Shown: positions 61,096 through 64,000 of the stretch, in pieces
Layout of the letters: each line of letters begins with the position of its first letter
Position numbering within the stretch: position 1 is the stretch's first letter
Origin: the human T2T-CHM13v2.0 reference genome, Homo sapiens
Direction: 5' to 3' (one strand)
DNA: 64,000 bases
NCBI RefSeq assembly: GCF_009914755.1
Contig: NC_060934.1
The notes under the pieces: generated by a model
Told to the model about the DNA's origin: nothing
Seen by the model: the letters and a program-made list of their open reading frames with translations, nothing else
Database searches by the model: none
Position numbers and translations under genes: made by a program

Positions 61096-62109
61096 ACAGT
61101 CACCTTGAGTTTGAATCCATCTGTTTGTTTCCAGGACCTAGCATTCGTGGTGCATGTAGTCTATACTTAGTTAATAATTTACTGAATAAGGTAATGAATG
61201 GGAGGCACTTTTTCTGGGTTTCTGGCATGTTTACCCTGTTGGAATGTCAAACCCATCTCAAGGCTGTAATAAATTCTGTAAGGTATGTCCAGATTAAGAC
61301 ATCTGTTTCACTAAAGATAACTTTATAGAGAGGGGACTTTCAAATATTTCTATAACTAGGCTCATAAAAGAACATTTCACCCTTTCTTTTATTACAGTTT
61401 TATAAACACACATCATTGAACTTAGTAAAAAGTACATCTCTAAAATCTAATGAATGTATTTGCTTTATTTGGCTCTGATGGCTAAAGTCCTGTGAGTCAG
61501 ACTTTTTTTTTCCTGTCTTTCTTCCTTTCTCTCTCCCACCTTCAATTTTATTTTTTGCCAAATGTTCAGAAAAGTCATCCTATAGACAATGATGTAAAAA
61601 CCACTTGTTATGACTAATCCATTCTGGTCTTTCCTTGTTTCAGCTGCCTGCCACTACTGAAGCAGTCATAAGCAGTACCAAAGTACTAAACTGATACAGG
61701 GATCCTTCAACTTGTAGCTCATTTATTATTACCTGGCTGGTACTCACACGTTGTCAGTTAAGAACTGAGTCTTTGACTCAACTACTACCTGTAACCACCA
61801 ATGTGACCTTAAACAGATAACTTAGCCCTCTTGTTTTTTATTTTGTCAAAACATTTATAGAATGAGGAAATTGGGCATCTTGAGTCGTAAAGTGCCATTT
61901 TACACCTACGTTTTATTATTTAAATGGTTAATTTTCCACTATATTGATTTTGCTTGATGCTTGTTGAATTTTTTTTGTTCTTCTTTTTTTGGGACATCTT
62001 ATAGTTTAATGGCTCCTACACCCATGTGAATTTAGTTTTCCATTTTATTATTTGTTTTTATACATAGTATAAGGTTTGGCATTGTTCAATAGTGGGAATA
62101 ACATGAGTT

Positions 62110-62310
62110 TTGTAGCTTCTCAGGCTGGGTTTGAATTCTAGCTCCGTAACATACAAACTGTACAATCCTAGAAAATTTATTTAACCTCTCTGTGCTTATT
62201 TTCTCATCTGTAAAACTGGGTGATAAAGAAGCTACCTTATGAAGTTGTAAAGATATGTATGAAAGCATTTAAAAAGTAATTCTATATCTTAGGAAGTTCA
62301 GTACATGTTA
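62110..62310 (+). mobile_element. MIR
   Basis: ctgggtttgaattctagctc...atttaacctctctgtgcttattttctcatctgtaaaactggg. Confidence 0.75.
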
Positions 62311-62939
62311 TGACAATGTATGTAGATGAGCAGTTTAGTTGTGGAGGAAGGTATCATGGGGCAGGAACATTACTCTTAGCAACTGATGGCACACATTTTA
62401 AAAATCCAAAATGTGTTATACATGCAGAAGACTATAATCAACATTTTATACATTTTAATAATAAAATTAAAACCCAAGAACTCAGCAATCAAGAGCACTA
62501 CTGGCACTATAAAAGCCCCAGGGAACCCACCCCAATCACTTTGCCCTACCCTTCTGTCCAGAGGTTAACTATTGTTCCCTTTTTTATAGTTCCCTCTGTG
62601 TGAATGAGTCCTGAGAAGCAAAGGACACCTCTTGGGACATGTGGCAGAGCTGCAGTTGAGACTATTAGATGTCTGTCAGAAAGACTCCTCCAACTGTCAA
62701 GAGTACTATAGGTTCAATCTGTGAGGTGACCTGAGTGTCCTCAGCTGAGTCAGCAGAGAAAGAGGAGAGCAGGGACTTCATGACCCCGCTGGCAAGCCAG
62801 GAATAAGAAGTAGGCTCATCTGTACATTCTGTCTTCAGTTAAAAAAGAGTACAAAGGCAGTCAGGGTCTTGGTGATGACAAGTATCAACATTGCTAAATT
62901 TCAGGCCACTCAGTTCCAGTCTGTATGGAGTGCAGCTGC

Positions 62940-63700
62940 CACCTCAGGCCGCTGTGATTCCTGTTCCTTTGAATCAGATGTCTCTCTACCTCTGTCTCTG
63001 TCTCTCTCGAAGCTTGTTGAGCCATCTCTTATCTTGGAAGTTTTGAAATTGCACAGTGTTGTGCCTTGGTGTGAGGTTTGTATTCATCCCTTGTGCTATA
63101 TACTCGGTCTAGCAGCTTCATGTCCTTAAATTCCAGAAAATTTTCTTGAATTATTTTGTTGATGATTTTCTCTCCTCTGTATTTTCTATCCTTTCTTTCT
63201 GGATCTCCTGTTATTCAAAAGCCAGACTTTCTGGACTCCTAATTTTCTTTTTTACTTGTATTTCTCTTCTCTTTTGCTTTATGATTTAGGGAATATTCTC
63301 AAAACTCTTCTATTGAGTATCTTACTTCTGCTGTTATGCCTTTAATTGTGAAGAATTATTTCCCCTCTGAATCTTTCTTTTTTATAGTACCCTTTTATTT
63401 CATGGTTATACTATCTTTTATTCCTCTGAGAAAGCTAGTAATAAGTTTAAAAATTTTTTTCTTCTCCCTGCATGGTGTCTGATTCTTCCACGTTGCTTTT
63501 GTCTGTTTGTTTTGGTCTCTGTCCTCCATATTGGAGGCTGTCATCAGAAGTTTGGTAGTCTTTGATTTTCTGCTCATGGTTAATGAGGGAACCAAGATGG
63601 ATGATTGGAAGGTGAGGCATAAATAAGATTTGTTAACCATAAGCTTTATTATGAGGCGATTTGGGTAGCCTGTTGATTGAGGAACCCTGATGTCCGTGTC
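62940..63700 (-). mobile_element. Ancient L1M/HAL1-type fragment
   Basis: T-rich antisense ORF1-like sequence (aaattttcttgaattattt...ggatctcctgttattc); approximate. Confidence 0.45.
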
Positions 63701-64000
63701 TTTAGTTATTTCTTCTTAGCCTAATCAGATTCCCCACGAAAGTGTCTTCCAGTCTTCTGTCTGAGGGAGGGGCAGGGTAAGTATTCTGTTTGTGGGGAGA
63801 AGGAGATTGGGAGTCTCTCTTGATTGGTCAATCACTTAGTATTCAGTAATTAGTTGTTTACTGCCACTATGTCTTGGTATAGTTTTTATAACCTCATCTG
63901 TGTCTGGCATTCCCTAGTCCAAAGCACCTCTTTTTTACCCTCTCCAAATAATAGGAATTTCCAGACTTTTGCTTGAGTAGGGATGGAGGAGGGATAGTCA

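Noticed and set aside
61625-61700. Good splice acceptor (TTTCCTTGTTTCAG|CTG) in intron 2
   Set aside because: No convincing paired donor or HECTD2-like coding sequence follows.

Overview
Human/primate genomic DNA, about half of it interspersed repeats. The only host protein-coding gene is the 5' end of HECTD2 (HECT-domain E3 ubiquitin ligase) on the + strand. It has a CpG-island promoter (~36.8-38.4 kb), coding exon 1 (ATG 37794 to donor 37931) and exon 2 (52636-52765); exon 3 lies beyond the window. Codon 19 is GCC (Ala) at the known A19P polymorphic site. The rest is fossil transposons: a near full-length old L1MA with nested insertions, a 5.1-kb L1PA3-like element in intron 2, several Alus, MaLR LTRs, Tigger/hAT MITEs, MIR and L2. 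I found no new multi-gene system. The most notable sequence-level observations are: an L1 3' transduction with its own poly(A) signal; a perfect 146-bp duplication with a templated-insertion junction next to a CTCF-like motif; a tail-to-tail Alu pair ~23 bp apart; and an in-frame strong-Kozak ATG/YY1 site 118 codons upstream of the HECTD2 start. Repeat subfamily names are from recalled consensus sequences and old-repeat boundaries are approximate.
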